Assembly: GCA_945877515.1 (NCBI GenBank)
Contig: CAMCSE010000001.1
Span: 615-64,614 of the forward strand
Origin: an uncultured Clostridia bacterium
Lineage (GTDB): Bacteria > Bacillota > Clostridia > Oscillospirales > Oscillospiraceae
DNA: 64,000 nucleotides
Direction: 5' to 3'
Shown here: positions 1 to 9,784 of the stretch, piece by piece
How positions within the stretch are numbered: the first letter of the stretch is position 1
How the letters are laid out: the number at the start of each line of letters is the position of its first letter
The notes under the pieces: model-generated
The model's database searches: none
What the model was told of the DNA's origin: nothing
What the model saw: the letters and a program-made list of their open reading frames with translations, nothing else
Made by a program: the position numbers and the translations under genes

Positions 1-95
1 GCCCCGTTCGGGGCTGAAAATCGGGCCGCTGCCTTGCGGCCGGTACGCTGTTTCCGCCACAGGCGGCGCTGTACCGCCCGCCCCGCCGGCGCCAA
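1..95. repeat. GC-rich palindromic extragenic (REP/MITE-like) element, cut by window edge
   Basis: Non-coding with nested short inverted repeats: GCCCCG-TT-CGGGGC, GGCCGC..GCGGCC, CCGCC-ACA-GGCGG. Repetition elsewhere in the genome cannot be checked. Confidence 0.35.
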
Positions 96-171
96 GCTCT
101 GCTGAAAAAGAAACGAAACTGGACAATCACGCTCCTTTGGGGTACAATGACCCCAAAGGAGCGTGATCGCT

Positions 172-468
172 ATGTTGACATTATATGTGAAATATACCGC
201 CAAGCCCGGCTGCCGGGAAAGCTATGTCCGCAGCATTGTGGAGGAGGGGATCCTCACCGCTATCCGGGCGGAGGAGGGCTGTTTGTGCTATGACTACTAC
301 TTCTCCGCGCAGGACGAGAACGTGGTGCTGCTGATCGAGCAGTGGGAGAGCGAGGCTCACCAGCGCGTCCATATGCAGCAGCCCCACATGACCCGCCTGC
401 GGGAGCTGAAGGCCCGGTATATCGACAGTACCACTATGGGAAAGGCGGAGCTGCATGATGCTGTTTGA
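172..468 (+). CDS. Antibiotic biosynthesis monooxygenase (ABM/YgiN-like) protein
   Basis: ~98 aa with RAEEGCLCYD, LIEQWESEAHQRVH and QPH motifs typical of the ABM fold; AAGGAG SD before ATG 172. Confidence 0.8.
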   Translation: MLTLYVKYTAKPGCRESYVRSIVEEGILTAIRAEEGCLCYDYYFSAQDENVVLLIEQWESEAHQRVHMQQPHMTRLRELKARYIDSTTMGKAELHDAV

Positions 469-1210
469 CACCCATGCCCACTATGACGACGAGGCCTTTG
501 ACGCCGATCGTGACGCCGTGCTTGCCGCCTTTGACGGTCTGGTCATCGACCCCGGCTGCACGCTGGACTCCTCCCGGGCGGCTGTTGCGTTGGCGGCCCG
601 GCATCCCCATGTGTACGCCGCCGTAGGCATCCACCCGGAGAACTGCGGCGACTTCGTACCGCAGCACATGGACGAACTGCGCCAATTGGCCTGCCAACCC
701 AAGGTGGTGGCCATCGGCGAGATCGGACTGGACTACTACTGGGCGGAAAATCCACCGCGGGAGTTTCAGCAGCAGGTGTTCCGCGCCCAGCTGGAGCTGG
801 CGCTGGAGTTGGATTTGCCGGTGATCATCCACGACCGTGAGGCCCACGGCGACACGTTGGCTATCGTCAGGGAGTTCCCTGCCCTGCGGGGTGTGTTCCA
901 CTGCTACTCCGGCAGCGCGGAGATGGCCCGTGAGCTGCTGGACAGGGGCTGGTATCTGGGCTTCGACGGCCCGGTGACCTATAAAAACGCCCGCAAGACG
1001 GTGGAGGTGGCGGAAATGGCGCCCCTTGACCGGATCCTTATCGAAACGGACTCCCCCTATCTGTCGCCTGTCCCCATGCGGGGCAAGCGCAACGACTCCC
1101 GCAACGTGGCCTATATCGCCGAGAAGCTGGCCCAGATCAAGAGCATGACCCCGGAGGAGATGGCCGATCTGACCATGGCCAACGGCAGAAAGCTGTTCGG
1201 CATCCAATAG
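455..1210 (+). CDS. tatD: TatD family hydrolase (DNase)
   Basis: FDTHAH, GIHP, IGEIGLDY, IIHDREA, HCYSG and ETDSPYL motifs. Confidence 0.93.
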   Translation: MMLFDTHAHYDDEAFDADRDAVLAAFDGLVIDPGCTLDSSRAAVALAARHPHVYAAVGIHPENCGDFVPQHMDELRQLACQPKVVAIGEIGLDYYWAENPPREFQQQVFRAQLELALELDLPVIIHDREAHGDTLAIVREFPALRGVFHCYSGSAEMARELLDRGWYLGFDGPVTYKNARKTVEVAEMAPLDRILIETDSPYLSPVPMRGKRNDSRNVAYIAEKLAQIKSMTPEEMADLTMANGRKLFGIQ

Positions 1211-1212
1211 CG

Positions 1213-1246
1213 CAAAAACGGACGCCTTTGCAGGCGTCCGTTTTTG
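1213..1246. terminator. Bidirectional intrinsic terminator
   Basis: CAAAAACGGACGCCT-TTGC-AGGCGTCCGTTTTTG between convergent genes. Confidence 0.85.
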
Positions 1247-1251
1247 ATTCC

Positions 1252-1866
1252 TTACCGCAGCTCCTGCAGGTATTTATACAGTGTCGGCTGCGCAATGTGC
1301 AGCAGCTCGCACACAGTACCCACCGCACCACGGGCGCCGAAAATGCCCTTTTCGTTCAGCCGGGCAATCAGCCGCAGCTTGTCCTCCTTGCTCTCCAGAT
1401 CCGAGGGCTTCAGCCGGGCGATCTCGCCCAGGATCATCTTCATCACCACGTCGTCCAGTGAGTCATTGTCCGGCTGCACCTGCTGCACCTCCGGCCGGTC
1501 GCCGATAAAGGCGCTGAGCATCTCCTGCAGATCCACATAGGCGCTGATGTCCTGATTCACACACAGCACATAGTCCAGCGCACCCTTCTCATCCCGAAAA
1601 AACAACGACGAGGAGCGCAGAGGCGTCCCCTTCCGGCTGAAGCTCTTATAGCCGGTGCAGAAGTCAGAGCCTTCCGCTGCCTGCTGCCGGGCGATCATCT
1701 CCATGGCGGACGGCTGCTCCTGCTGTCCCACAGCCCGCCCGGTAATTTCTCCCCCGGTGATCCAGAGGATCTTTCCCGTCCGGTCATGGAGCACCACCTC
1801 CGTCTGCGGCCCCATCAAATGGGAGATAAAGTCGCAGAATTTGATCAAAATTTTCTCCATTTCCAT
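1252..1866 (-). CDS. YheO/DauR-like PAS + HTH transcriptional regulator
   Basis: EVVLHD, ITGRxVG, LRSSS, LCVNQD (YheO-like PAS) and C-terminal LNEKGIF..GAV..V...L.I...TLYKYL HTH. Confidence 0.88.
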   Translation of the reverse strand: MEMEKILIKFCDFISHLMGPQTEVVLHDRTGKILWITGGEITGRAVGQQEQPSAMEMIARQQAAEGSDFCTGYKSFSRKGTPLRSSSLFFRDEKGALDYVLCVNQDISAYVDLQEMLSAFIGDRPEVQQVQPDNDSLDDVVMKMILGEIARLKPSDLESKEDKLRLIARLNEKGIFGARGAVGTVCELLHIAQPTLYKYLQELR

Positions 1867-1915
1867 GACATGTTCTCTCCTTTCGGATAACTTTTTATCT
1901 AAATTTTACACGCCA

Positions 1916-1944
1916 TTGACAAGGAAAGCAAGACGTGGTACACT
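1916..1944 (+). promoter_or_regulatory. sigma-A promoter of the 2-oxoacid oxidoreductase operon
   Basis: TTGACA-17 bp-TACACT with extended TG; GATAA-N4-TTATC palindrome at 1886-1899 is a possible operator. Confidence 0.7.
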
Positions 1945-1999
1945 CCAAATTGTAGAAAAATTTTATATGCATAGATATTTTTTACACAGAGGTGATCGT

Positions 2000-2674
2000 T
2001 TGGCCTGGGAAACATTGTGCCGGAAGCCCAATACCGTTTTTCTGGGAGAGGTCGGCTGCGGAAAATCAGAGCTGGCGGTGCATCTGGCGCTGGAACTGGC
2101 GGCACAGGGGCGTGAGGTCCATTTCTTCGACCTTGACCAGACCAAACCCCTGATGCGTTCCCGGGATGCGGAGACGCTGCTGACCGGGGCAGGCGTCACC
2201 GTCCATTTTGAGCGACAGTGCGCCGACGCGCCCACGCAGGTGGGCGGTCTTGTGCCGCTGCTGCTGGATGCGCGCAAGGCCGTCATTCTGGATGTGGGCG
2301 GCAACGACACCGGCGCCCGGCTCATCGGCGGCTACGCACATCTTTTGAAAGACGCCGACGTGTGGTTCGTGGTGAACCCCTACCGCCCGTGGTCGTCCAC
2401 CACGGAGCATATTGACGGCACGCTGTCAGCGATTCTGCGGGCCTCCCGCCTGAAAATGCCCCGGTTCCTGCTCAACCCCAATCTGGGAGCAGATACCACG
2501 CCGGAGGAGTTTCTGGCAGGCGTGGCGCAGGGTCTTGCCATGCTGTCGCCCTACGTTACAGTGGAAGCCGCCGCCGTGCCGGCTGCGCTTTATGAACAGG
2601 TCCGCCACCAGGTGGCCCTGCCGCTGATCCCCATCACATCCCATATATCCGTTCCGGAAACGGAACTTGATTAA
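2000..2674 (+). CDS. P-loop NTPase (MinD/ParA/CobQ-like) leading the oxidoreductase operon
   Basis: Walker A GEVGCGKS, DLDQTKPLMRSRD, ILDVGG; TTG start after GAGGTG SD (the 1655 start of the ORF track overlaps the opposite gene). Confidence 0.75.
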   Translation: MAWETLCRKPNTVFLGEVGCGKSELAVHLALELAAQGREVHFFDLDQTKPLMRSRDAETLLTGAGVTVHFERQCADAPTQVGGLVPLLLDARKAVILDVGGNDTGARLIGGYAHLLKDADVWFVVNPYRPWSSTTEHIDGTLSAILRASRLKMPRFLLNPNLGADTTPEEFLAGVAQGLAMLSPYVTVEAAAVPAALYEQVRHQVALPLIPITSHISVPETELD

Positions 2675-2691
2675 AGCAAGGAGGAAAACCA

Positions 2692-2895
2692 ATGCCGCAA
2701 GTCACCATCCGCGCGGAGAGCTGCAAAAGCTGCGGCTACTGCGTGAAGTTCTGTCCCAAAGGCGTGCTGGCCGTGGGACACGAAGTGAACTCCAAGGGCT
2801 ACCCCTATGTGGTGGCCGCCAAACCCGAGGACTGCATCGGCTGCGCCATCTGCGGCCGCATGTGTCCCGACGCTGCCATCGAAGTCTATAAGTAA
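2692..2895 (+). CDS. 2[4Fe-4S] ferredoxin, delta subunit of 2-oxoacid:ferredoxin oxidoreductase
   Basis: Two CxxCxxCxxxCP motifs. Confidence 0.92.
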   Translation: MPQVTIRAESCKSCGYCVKFCPKGVLAVGHEVNSKGYPYVVAAKPEDCIGCAICGRMCPDAAIEVYK

Positions 2896-2907
2896 GGAGG
2901 GAAGAAC

Positions 2908-3984
2908 GTGGCAAGAGTATTCATGAAGGGCTGCGAGGCCATCGCCGAGGCGGCGGTACGCAGCGGCTGCCGGTTCTTCGCCGGCTATCCCATCACCCCG
3001 CAAAATGAGATCCCCGAATATCTGGCCCGGCGCCTGCCGGAGGTAGGCGGCAGCTTCGTACAGGGGGAAAGCGAGGTCGCCTCCATCAACATGGTCTACG
3101 GTGCCGCCCAGACCGGCACCCGCGCCATGACCAGCTCCAGTTCCTGCGGCATCAGCCTGATGAGCGAGGGCGTCAGCTTTATGGCCAGTGCCCGTATCCC
3201 CATGGTCTACGTCAACGTACAGCGGGGCGGCCCCGGTATCGGCGCCATTCAGCCCGCCCAGCAGGACTATGCGCAGGCCACCCGTGCCAGCGGCAACGGC
3301 GGCTTCCGCATGATGGTCTTTGCCCCCGCCACCGTGCAGGAGGCGGTGGACATGACTTATGCCGCCTTTGACTACGCCCAGCGTGACCGCAATCCCGTTC
3401 TCATTCTGGCCGACGGCGTGCTGGGTACCATCATGGAGCCGGTGACGCTGCCGGAGATGCGCTCTCAGGAGGAGGTGGCGCAGCTGAAAGCCCAGTGCCG
3501 CCCCTGGGCGCTGGTGGGCCATGACCCGGAAAAGGAGACCCGCTCCTTTATCGCGCCGGGTAACTGGGACACCAAAAAGCAGCAGCAAAAGTGCATTGAC
3601 AACGCTGCCCTTTACGAAAGCTGGAAAGCCGACGTACAGGTGGAGGAGCTGTATCTGGACGATGCCGAGGTGGTCATCACCGCTTATGGCGTGTCCGGCC
3701 GCATCGCCCGCAGCGCCGTGCAGAATCTGCGCCGTGAGGGCTTGAAGGTGGGCCTGATCCGTCCTAAGACGGTTTCGCCCTTCCCCTACGAGAGCTATGA
3801 AAAACTGGATTTTAACCGCGTAAAGGCGATCCTGGATGTGGAGATGTCCATCCCCGCCCAGATGGTAACCGATGTGGAGCTGGCAGTAAAGGGCCGCTGC
3901 GCCATTGAGACCTGTCTCCATTCCGGCGGCGAGATCATGGGCCGCGCCGAGATCATGGACGCCGCGCGGAAGCTGTGCCGATAA
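2908..3984 (+). CDS. vorB: 2-oxoacid:ferredoxin oxidoreductase alpha subunit (VorB-type, 2-ketoisovalerate oxidoreductase family)
   Basis: MKGCEAIAEAA, AGYPITPQ, QGESE, MTSSS, VQRGGPG motifs. Confidence 0.85.
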   Translation: MARVFMKGCEAIAEAAVRSGCRFFAGYPITPQNEIPEYLARRLPEVGGSFVQGESEVASINMVYGAAQTGTRAMTSSSSCGISLMSEGVSFMASARIPMVYVNVQRGGPGIGAIQPAQQDYAQATRASGNGGFRMMVFAPATVQEAVDMTYAAFDYAQRDRNPVLILADGVLGTIMEPVTLPEMRSQEEVAQLKAQCRPWALVGHDPEKETRSFIAPGNWDTKKQQQKCIDNAALYESWKADVQVEELYLDDAEVVITAYGVSGRIARSAVQNLRREGLKVGLIRPKTVSPFPYESYEKLDFNRVKAILDVEMSIPAQMVTDVELAVKGRCAIETCLHSGGEIMGRAEIMDAARKLCR

Positions 3985-3996
3985 GGAGGGAGCCAT

Positions 3997-4749
3997 ATGG
4001 AAAAAGTATATGCCAGAACAAAAACCTTCCAGAAAGAGATGGTCTCCGGCTTTTGCCCGGGCTGCATGCACGGCACCGTCTTCAAGCTGATCGGTGAGGT
4101 CATGGAGGAGCTGGGCATCGTTGACAAAACCACCTGCGTACTGGGTGTGGGCTGCTGCGGTCTCGCCATGGAATACATCACCTACGATAATACCACCAGT
4201 CCCCACGGCCGGGCTTGTGCCGTGGCCACCGGCATTAAGCGCTCCACGCCCGATGCTGTCGTCTACACCTATCAGGGTGACGGCGATCTGGCCTCCATCG
4301 GTCTGGCCGAGACCATGTCCGCCGCCAACCGGGGCGAGAATATCACCGTGATCTTCGTCAACAACGGCATCTACGGCATGACCGGCGGCCAGATGGCCCC
4401 CACCACGCTTGTGGGTATGAAGGCCACCACCGCCCCCCAGGGCCGTGACCCCAAGGAGCATGGCTACCCCATGCATATGTGCGAGATCCTCAACCAGCTG
4501 ACGGCCCCCTACTATCTGGAGCGCACCAGCTGCAACAACCCCGCCAACGTCAACAAAACCAAGGCCGCCATTAAGAAAGCATTCCAGAATCAACTGGACG
4601 GCAAGGGCTTTTCCATGGTGGAGATCGTCACCAGCTGCCCCACCAACTGGGGTCTCGATACCATCGAGGCTCTGGATTTTCTGGAGAACAATATGCTCAA
4701 GGAGTTCCCTCTGGGCGTGGTGCGTGACAAGAGCAAGGAGGGTGCGTAA
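3997..4749 (+). CDS. 2-oxoacid:ferredoxin oxidoreductase beta (TPP-binding) subunit
   Basis: FCPGC, GVGC, HGRA, GDGD..NN..YGMTGGQ and CPTNWG motifs. Confidence 0.92.
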   Translation: MEKVYARTKTFQKEMVSGFCPGCMHGTVFKLIGEVMEELGIVDKTTCVLGVGCCGLAMEYITYDNTTSPHGRACAVATGIKRSTPDAVVYTYQGDGDLASIGLAETMSAANRGENITVIFVNNGIYGMTGGQMAPTTLVGMKATTAPQGRDPKEHGYPMHMCEILNQLTAPYYLERTSCNNPANVNKTKAAIKKAFQNQLDGKGFSMVEIVTSCPTNWGLDTIEALDFLENNMLKEFPLGVVRDKSKEGA

Positions 4750-5304
4750 ATGGAACGGAATCTTATGGTAGCCGGTTTCGGCGGTCAGGGCGTCATGACG
4801 CTGGGCAAGTTCCTGGCGGAAGCCACCTGTGACAGTACCGATATGAATGTCACCTTCTTCCCCTCCTACGGCGCGGAGCAGCGGGGCGGTACCGCCAACT
4901 GCTATGTGGTTATCTCCGACGAGGACATCGGCGCGCCTCTGGGTGACAGCATGGACGATCTCATCGTCATGAACGACCCCAGCCTCAATAAATTCCTGTA
5001 TAAGCTGGTGTCCGGCGGTACGCTGTTCATCAACAGCTCCATCGTCAAGAGTGAGATCACCCGTGACGATATCCAAGTGGTAAAGGTCCCCGTCACGGAG
5101 ATGGCGCTGGAAATGGGCAATCCCAAGGTGCTGAACATCATCATGCTGGGCGCCTATGTGGGCTATACGCAGGTGGTGCCTGAGAATGTGGTGTGGGACA
5201 CCATCCAGCACAAGCTGGGCAAAAAGCCCAAGCTGCTGCCCCTGAACAAGCAGGCCTTTGAAGCGGGCCTGAAAATCGGAAAAGAGGCACAAAACCGGCA
5301 ATAA
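4750..5304 (+). CDS. 2-oxoacid:ferredoxin oxidoreductase gamma subunit
   Basis: AGFGGQG, SYGAEQRGG and NIIMLGA motifs. Confidence 0.92.
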   Translation: MERNLMVAGFGGQGVMTLGKFLAEATCDSTDMNVTFFPSYGAEQRGGTANCYVVISDEDIGAPLGDSMDDLIVMNDPSLNKFLYKLVSGGTLFINSSIVKSEITRDDIQVVKVPVTEMALEMGNPKVLNIIMLGAYVGYTQVVPENVVWDTIQHKLGKKPKLLPLNKQAFEAGLKIGKEAQNRQ

Positions 5305-5319
5305 TTTTCCCCAGAGTAA

Positions 5320-5356
5320 ACAGAGCCTCGTGGATGTTTCCCGCGAGGCTCTTGTA
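5320..5356 (+). terminator. Hairpin/terminator after oxidoreductase operon
   Basis: AGAGCCTCGTGG..CCGCGAGGCTCT followed by T-rich sequence. Confidence 0.6.
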
Positions 5357-5432
5357 TTTCATTGAATGATTTGGTAAACTGAATAAAGAGAGTGAACATC
5401 CCATATTTGATACATAACTGGAGGGCTTCCCT

Positions 5433-6656
5433 ATGAAACATCTCAACCGCTGGGTCTACGCCATCGTGGGCGTGATCGTGCTGCTGTTTGCCGGTCTCGT
5501 GTACGCGTGGAGCGTACTGAGTACCCCCATCGCCGCTGAGTTCGCGGATTGGAGCAAGGCGCAGCTCAGCATGACTTTCACCATCGTGATGATCATGTTC
5601 TGCATCGGCTCACTGCTGTGCGGCCTGCTCAGCGGCAAGCTCAGCGCCAAAATGTCTGTCCGCATCGGCGCGGTGCTGTTTCTGCTGGGCTTCTTTCTGG
5701 CCAGCCGCACCCAGTCGCTGGCCATGCTGTATATCGGCTTCGGCGTGCTGTGCGGTCTCAGCTCCGGCCTTTGCTACAACGCCGTCATGAGTACCATGGT
5801 CCGCTGGTTCCCTGACCGTCCGGGCCTGATCTCCGGCGTACTGCTGATGGGCTTCGGCGGCGGCAGCTTTATCATCGGCAAACTCTATCAGGCGTGGACG
5901 CCCGCAGAAATCGGGGGCTGGCGCGCCAGCTTCCTGGTGATGGGCATTATCATTTTTGTGGTGCTGGCCATCTGCTCGTTCTTCTTCTTGGCGCCCGGCG
6001 CCGATTTCGTAGCGCCTGCCGCCAAAAACAGCAAGGCTGCCGTCAAGATCGCAGGCAAGGAGTATAAACCTCTGGAAATGGTGAAAAAGCCTTCCTTCTG
6101 GCTGTACTACGTCTGGGCCATCGCCCTGAGCGCCGCAGGTCTGGCCCTGATCTCTCAGGCCAGCGGTGTGGTATGGGAGGCCAGCGCCAGCCAGACAGCC
6201 GGCGCAGTGGCCACCATCGTGGGCCTGATCTCCATTTGCAACGCCCTGGGTCGCGTGCTGTTCGGCGGCATGTACGACAAGTACGGCCGCAGCCTGTCCA
6301 TGCAGCTGGTGAATATTCTGTTCATCATTACCTCCGGCGTGCTGATCCTGGCGCTGGCCGCCAAGAGCGTCGTGGTGGTCATTATCGGCTTTATTCTGGG
6401 CGGTCTTGCCTATTCCGGTATCACGCCCACCAACTCCGCCTTCTGCCGCGCTTACTTCGGCCCCGCCAACTATCCCGTCAATTTCTCCCTCATCAACAGC
6501 AATCTGATTTTCGCCAGCTTCGGCAGCACCGTTTCCGGCGCCCTGTTTGACGCCAGCGGTTCCTATAATGTCACCTTCTTCCTGATTATCGGTCTGGCCG
6601 TGGTAGGCATCCTCTGCTCACTGGCCATTTCCGCTCTGGACAAAAAGGAAAATTAA
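5433..6656 (+). CDS. MFS transporter, oxalate/formate antiporter (OFA) family
   Basis: ~12 hydrophobic segments; GLVYAWS, RWFPDRPGLISG, GRVLFGGMYDKYGR motifs. Confidence 0.85.
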   Translation: MKHLNRWVYAIVGVIVLLFAGLVYAWSVLSTPIAAEFADWSKAQLSMTFTIVMIMFCIGSLLCGLLSGKLSAKMSVRIGAVLFLLGFFLASRTQSLAMLYIGFGVLCGLSSGLCYNAVMSTMVRWFPDRPGLISGVLLMGFGGGSFIIGKLYQAWTPAEIGGWRASFLVMGIIIFVVLAICSFFFLAPGADFVAPAAKNSKAAVKIAGKEYKPLEMVKKPSFWLYYVWAIALSAAGLALISQASGVVWEASASQTAGAVATIVGLISICNALGRVLFGGMYDKYGRSLSMQLVNILFIITSGVLILALAAKSVVVVIIGFILGGLAYSGITPTNSAFCRAYFGPANYPVNFSLINSNLIFASFGSTVSGALFDASGSYNVTFFLIIGLAVVGILCSLAISALDKKEN

Positions 6657-6671
6657 TATTGCCTGAAACTA

Positions 6672-6710
6672 TGGGGCCATGCGCAAAACAGCGCATGGCC
6701 CCACTTTTTT
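6672..6710 (+). terminator. Intrinsic terminator
   Basis: TGGGGCCATGCGC-AAAACA-GCGCATGGCCCCA-CTTTTTT. Confidence 0.88.
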
Positions 6711-6722
6711 ACGCTTACCCTC

Positions 6723-6751
6723 TTTACAAGCCGTATAACAACATGTATAAT
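6723..6751 (+). promoter_or_regulatory. sigma-A promoter for HTH-lepA
   Basis: TTTACA-17 bp-TATAAT. Confidence 0.65.
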
Positions 6752-6801
6752 TTACCCATTGTATTCAAAAAGAGAGAGAAGAAATAGGGTGAAAGAGCAT
6801 C

Positions 6802-7455
6802 ATGGCAACTGATTTTTCCCGCACGCTGTCCCTGCTGCGGCAGGAGGCAGGCATTTCCCAGCGGAAGGCGGCCGCCGCGCTGGGCATTTCACAGGCGCTG
6901 CTGAGCCACTATGAAAACGGCATCCGTGAACCGGGTCTTGCCTTTGTGGCAAAGGCCTGCGATTTTTACCATGTGTCAGCGGATTTCCTGCTGGGGCGCA
7001 CCAACAGCCGGGACGGCAGCATCATCGAGGCGGCGGAGCTGTACGATGCCAGTGATGAGAAAGGCTCGCTGAAAGGCAGCATTCTGGCCACGCTGCAAAA
7101 AAAGCTGGTGGTCAACACCACCGGCGTGCTGTTTGACCTGCTGGGCAAATGCGGCGACCGGACAGCCATCACAGCTGCCGGCGACTATCTCAGCACGGCA
7201 CTGTATACGCTGCTGCGTCACCTCTACCGCCGCGGCGGCGGCAACGAGGACTTTTTTGCCACCGATCCCGTGGACTTTGACGCCGGCACGGTGGACGCCG
7301 CCATGCTGCGCAGCCGCGCGGCCTATCTGCGGGCGCTGTCATCGGCGGAGCGGCTGCCGGAGCTGAGCTCCGACGATCTGACCGCCGCCCCCGGTACCGG
7401 CCAAAGCACGGCACAGGTGGTCCACAATGTGGACGAACTGGCCGCCGGACAGTAA
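6802..7455 (+). CDS. XRE-family HTH protein with unknown C-terminal domain
   Basis: LRQEAGISQRKAAAALGISQALLSHYENGIREP HTH. Confidence 0.85.
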   Translation: MATDFSRTLSLLRQEAGISQRKAAAALGISQALLSHYENGIREPGLAFVAKACDFYHVSADFLLGRTNSRDGSIIEAAELYDASDEKGSLKGSILATLQKKLVVNTTGVLFDLLGKCGDRTAITAAGDYLSTALYTLLRHLYRRGGGNEDFFATDPVDFDAGTVDAAMLRSRAAYLRALSSAERLPELSSDDLTAAPGTGQSTAQVVHNVDELAAGQ

Positions 7456-7476
7456 GACCCAAGGAGGTTATTTCAT

Positions 7477-9285
7477 ATGTTTGACCAATCCCATATCCGC
7501 AATTTCTCCATCATCGCCCACATCGACCACGGCAAGTCCACGCTGGCGGACCGCCTGCTGGAAAAGTGCAACGCCGTACCGGAGCGTGAGATGGAGAACC
7601 AGCTGCTGGACAACATGGATCTGGAGCGGGAGCGGGGCATCACCATCAAGTCCCGTGCCGTGCAGATCTTCTATAAGGCTCAGAACGGCGAGACCTACGC
7701 CCTGAACCTCATCGACACACCGGGCCATGTGGACTTCAATTACGAGGTGTCCCGCTCGCTGGCCGCCTGCGAGGGTGCGCTGCTGGTGGTGGACGCCACC
7801 CAGGGCGTGGAGGCCCAGACGCTGGCCAACACCTATCTGGCCATGGATCACGATCTGGAGATCCTGCCGGTCTTCAACAAGATCGACCTGCCTGCCGCCG
7901 ACCCCATGAAGGCCAAGCAGGAGGTGGAAGACATCATCGGCCTGCCGGCGCTGGAGGCCCCGGAGATCTCCGCCAAGCTGGGCATCAATATTGACGCCGT
8001 GCTGGAGGATATCGTGCAGAACGTCCCGGCCCCCAAGGGTGACCCCAAGGCTCCCCTGCGGGCGCTGGTGTTCGACAGCCAGTATGACCCCTATGTGGGG
8101 GTGGTGGTGCTGTTCCGCATCATGGAGGGCACCATCCGCAAGGGCCAGACCATCCGCATGATGGCCAGCGGCGCGGAATACACCATTCTGGAATGCGGCT
8201 ATCTGAAGCCTCTGGGCAACGAGCCTACGGACTGTTTGCAGGCCGGCGAGGTGGGCTATTTTACCGCCAGCATCAAAAACGTGAAGGATACCCGGGTGGG
8301 CGACACCATCACCGACGCCGCAGCGCCCACGGATGAGCCGCTGCCCGGCTATCGCCCCGCCCAGTCCATGGTCTACTGCGGCATCTACACCGAGGACGGC
8401 AGCAAATACCCCGATCTTCGTGACGCATTGGAAAAGCTGCAGCTGAACGACGCCTCCCTGACCTTTGAGCCGGAATCCTCCGTGGCGCTGGGCTTTGGCT
8501 TCCGCTGTGGCTTTTTGGGGATGCTCCACATGGAGATCATTCAGGAGCGGCTGGAGCGGGAATTCAATCTGGATCTGGTCACCACCCTGCCCAGCGTCAT
8601 TTACCACGTCTACAAGACGGACGGCACCATGGTCAAGGTGGACAATCCCCATAACTATCCTGACCCCGGCAGCATCGAACACGCCGAGGAGCCCTACGTC
8701 AAGGTGTCCATCATCACGCCCCAGGATTTCGTGGGCAATATTATGCCCATGTGTCAGGACCGCCGCGGCGAGTTCAAGGACATGCAGTATCTGGATACCC
8801 ACCTGGTGGAGCTGCACTATCAGATGCCCCTCAATGAGATCATCTACGACTTCTTCGATACGCTGAAAGCCAACACCAAGGGCTACGCCAGTCTGGACTA
8901 TGAGCTGTCCGGCTACCGCACCAGCGATCTGGTGAAGGTGGACCTGCTGCTCAACGGCGACGGCGTGGACGCCTTGAGCTTTATTGCCCACCGGGATAAG
9001 GCGTATCCCCGTGCCCGCCGCCTGTGTGAAAAGCTGAAGGAAAATATCCCCCGCCAGTTGTTTGAGGTGCCCATTCAGGCGGCTATCGGCGGCCGCATCA
9101 TCGCCCGTGAGACGGTGAAGGCCATGCGCAAGGACGTGCTGGCCAAGTGCTACGGCGGTGATATCACCCGCAAAAAGAAGCTGCTGGAGAAGCAGAAAGA
9201 GGGCAAGAAGAAGATGCGGAATCTGGGCACGGTGCAGGTGCCCACCGAGGCCTTTATGGCCGTTCTCAAGCTGGACAGCGATTGA
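7477..9285 (+). CDS. lepA: Translation elongation factor 4 (LepA)
   Basis: [47 protein letters not shown]. Confidence 0.99.
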   Translation: MFDQSHIRNFSIIAHIDHGKSTLADRLLEKCNAVPEREMENQLLDNMDLERERGITIKSRAVQIFYKAQNGETYALNLIDTPGHVDFNYEVSRSLAACEGALLVVDATQGVEAQTLANTYLAMDHDLEILPVFNKIDLPAADPMKAKQEVEDIIGLPALEAPEISAKLGINIDAVLEDIVQNVPAPKGDPKAPLRALVFDSQYDPYVGVVVLFRIMEGTIRKGQTIRMMASGAEYTILECGYLKPLGNEPTDCLQAGEVGYFTASIKNVKDTRVGDTITDAAAPTDEPLPGYRPAQSMVYCGIYTEDGSKYPDLRDALEKLQLNDASLTFEPESSVALGFGFRCGFLGMLHMEIIQERLEREFNLDLVTTLPSVIYHVYKTDGTMVKVDNPHNYPDPGSIEHAEEPYVKVSIITPQDFVGNIMPMCQDRRGEFKDMQYLDTHLVELHYQMPLNEIIYDFFDTLKANTKGYASLDYELSGYRTSDLVKVDLLLNGDGVDALSFIAHRDKAYPRARRLCEKLKENIPRQLFEVPIQAAIGGRIIARETVKAMRKDVLAKCYGGDITRKKKLLEKQKEGKKKMRNLGTVQVPTEAFMAVLKLDSD

Positions 9286-9346
9286 TCAAAACGCGGTATT
9301 TTGTCCTGAAGTCTCTCCGCATAAGGCAACCAATATTCAGCAGCCA

Positions 9347-9389
9347 AAAGGGCTTGCTGCCTGCGATTTTCACAGGCAGCAAGCCCTTT
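9347..9389 (+). terminator. Intrinsic terminator after lepA
   Basis: 17-bp stem AAAGGGCTTGCTGCCTG / CAGGCAGCAAGCCCTTT. Confidence 0.8.
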
Positions 9390-9618
9390 ATCGCCAGTGC
9401 CAGAATCATCACATCCGCGCTTTCCGTATGCGTCACGCTGTGTGGAACGCTTTCTTGCAAACGCGGCAAATCCCTGCGCCAAGGCGGTATCCTTTATCTT
9501 CCGAATTGCCGTATGCCTGATATCCTGCCGCGGAAATGCTCATAATAGAGACGGTCTGAGAAATCGATGGAACCGCAATTCAGGACGCTTCCGGCAAAGG
9601 AAGTTTATTTGTGCCGGA

Positions 9619-9647
9619 TTGACAAGCCGCCTATGTACTGCTATAAT
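9619..9647 (+). promoter_or_regulatory. Consensus sigma-A promoter of the ABC-siroheme synthase operon
   Basis: Perfect TTGACA-17 bp-TATAAT. Confidence 0.85.
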
Positions 9648-9666
9648 CGAAACAAAGTTGAAATCT

Positions 9667-9760
9667 GCCAGACCGCGCAGTGCGGAGAAGGGCTTTGAAA
9701 TGATTTCTCTTTTCCGGATGGGAAAGGGATATCTGCGCCCCTTTGCCTGCAGCGTCTGGC
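9667..9760 (+). promoter_or_regulatory. Structured 5' leader (long nested hairpin), unknown class
   Basis: GCCAGAC/GTCTGGC outer stem, GCAG/CTGC, GGGC/GCCC, and inner ATTTCTCTTTTCC-GGAT-GGGAAAGGGATAT, followed by TTTATTATT. Confidence 0.5.
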
Positions 9761-9784
9761 TTTATTATTGTAAGGAGTTCTCCT

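Noticed and set aside
1655-1999. Long N-terminal extensions in the ORF track (also starts 9743, 12189, 25370, 26173, 46433, 50565, 63952)
   Set aside because: They overlap other genes or promoters; downstream starts have SD sites and match domain boundaries.
2671-5301. 876-aa minus-strand ORF; similar long antisense ORFs at 7468-8991, 14581-16086, 34019-36112, 39448-41532, 42952-44364, 48946-50595, 56079-58028 and 60862-62889
   Set aside because: Shadow frames opposite well-recognised genes; expected from GC-rich codon bias; no motifs or SD sites.
9650-9784. Cobalamin riboswitch expected ahead of BtuFCD-like genes
   Set aside because: Too short and lacks recognisable GCCACUG/B12-box core; kept only as an unknown structured leader.
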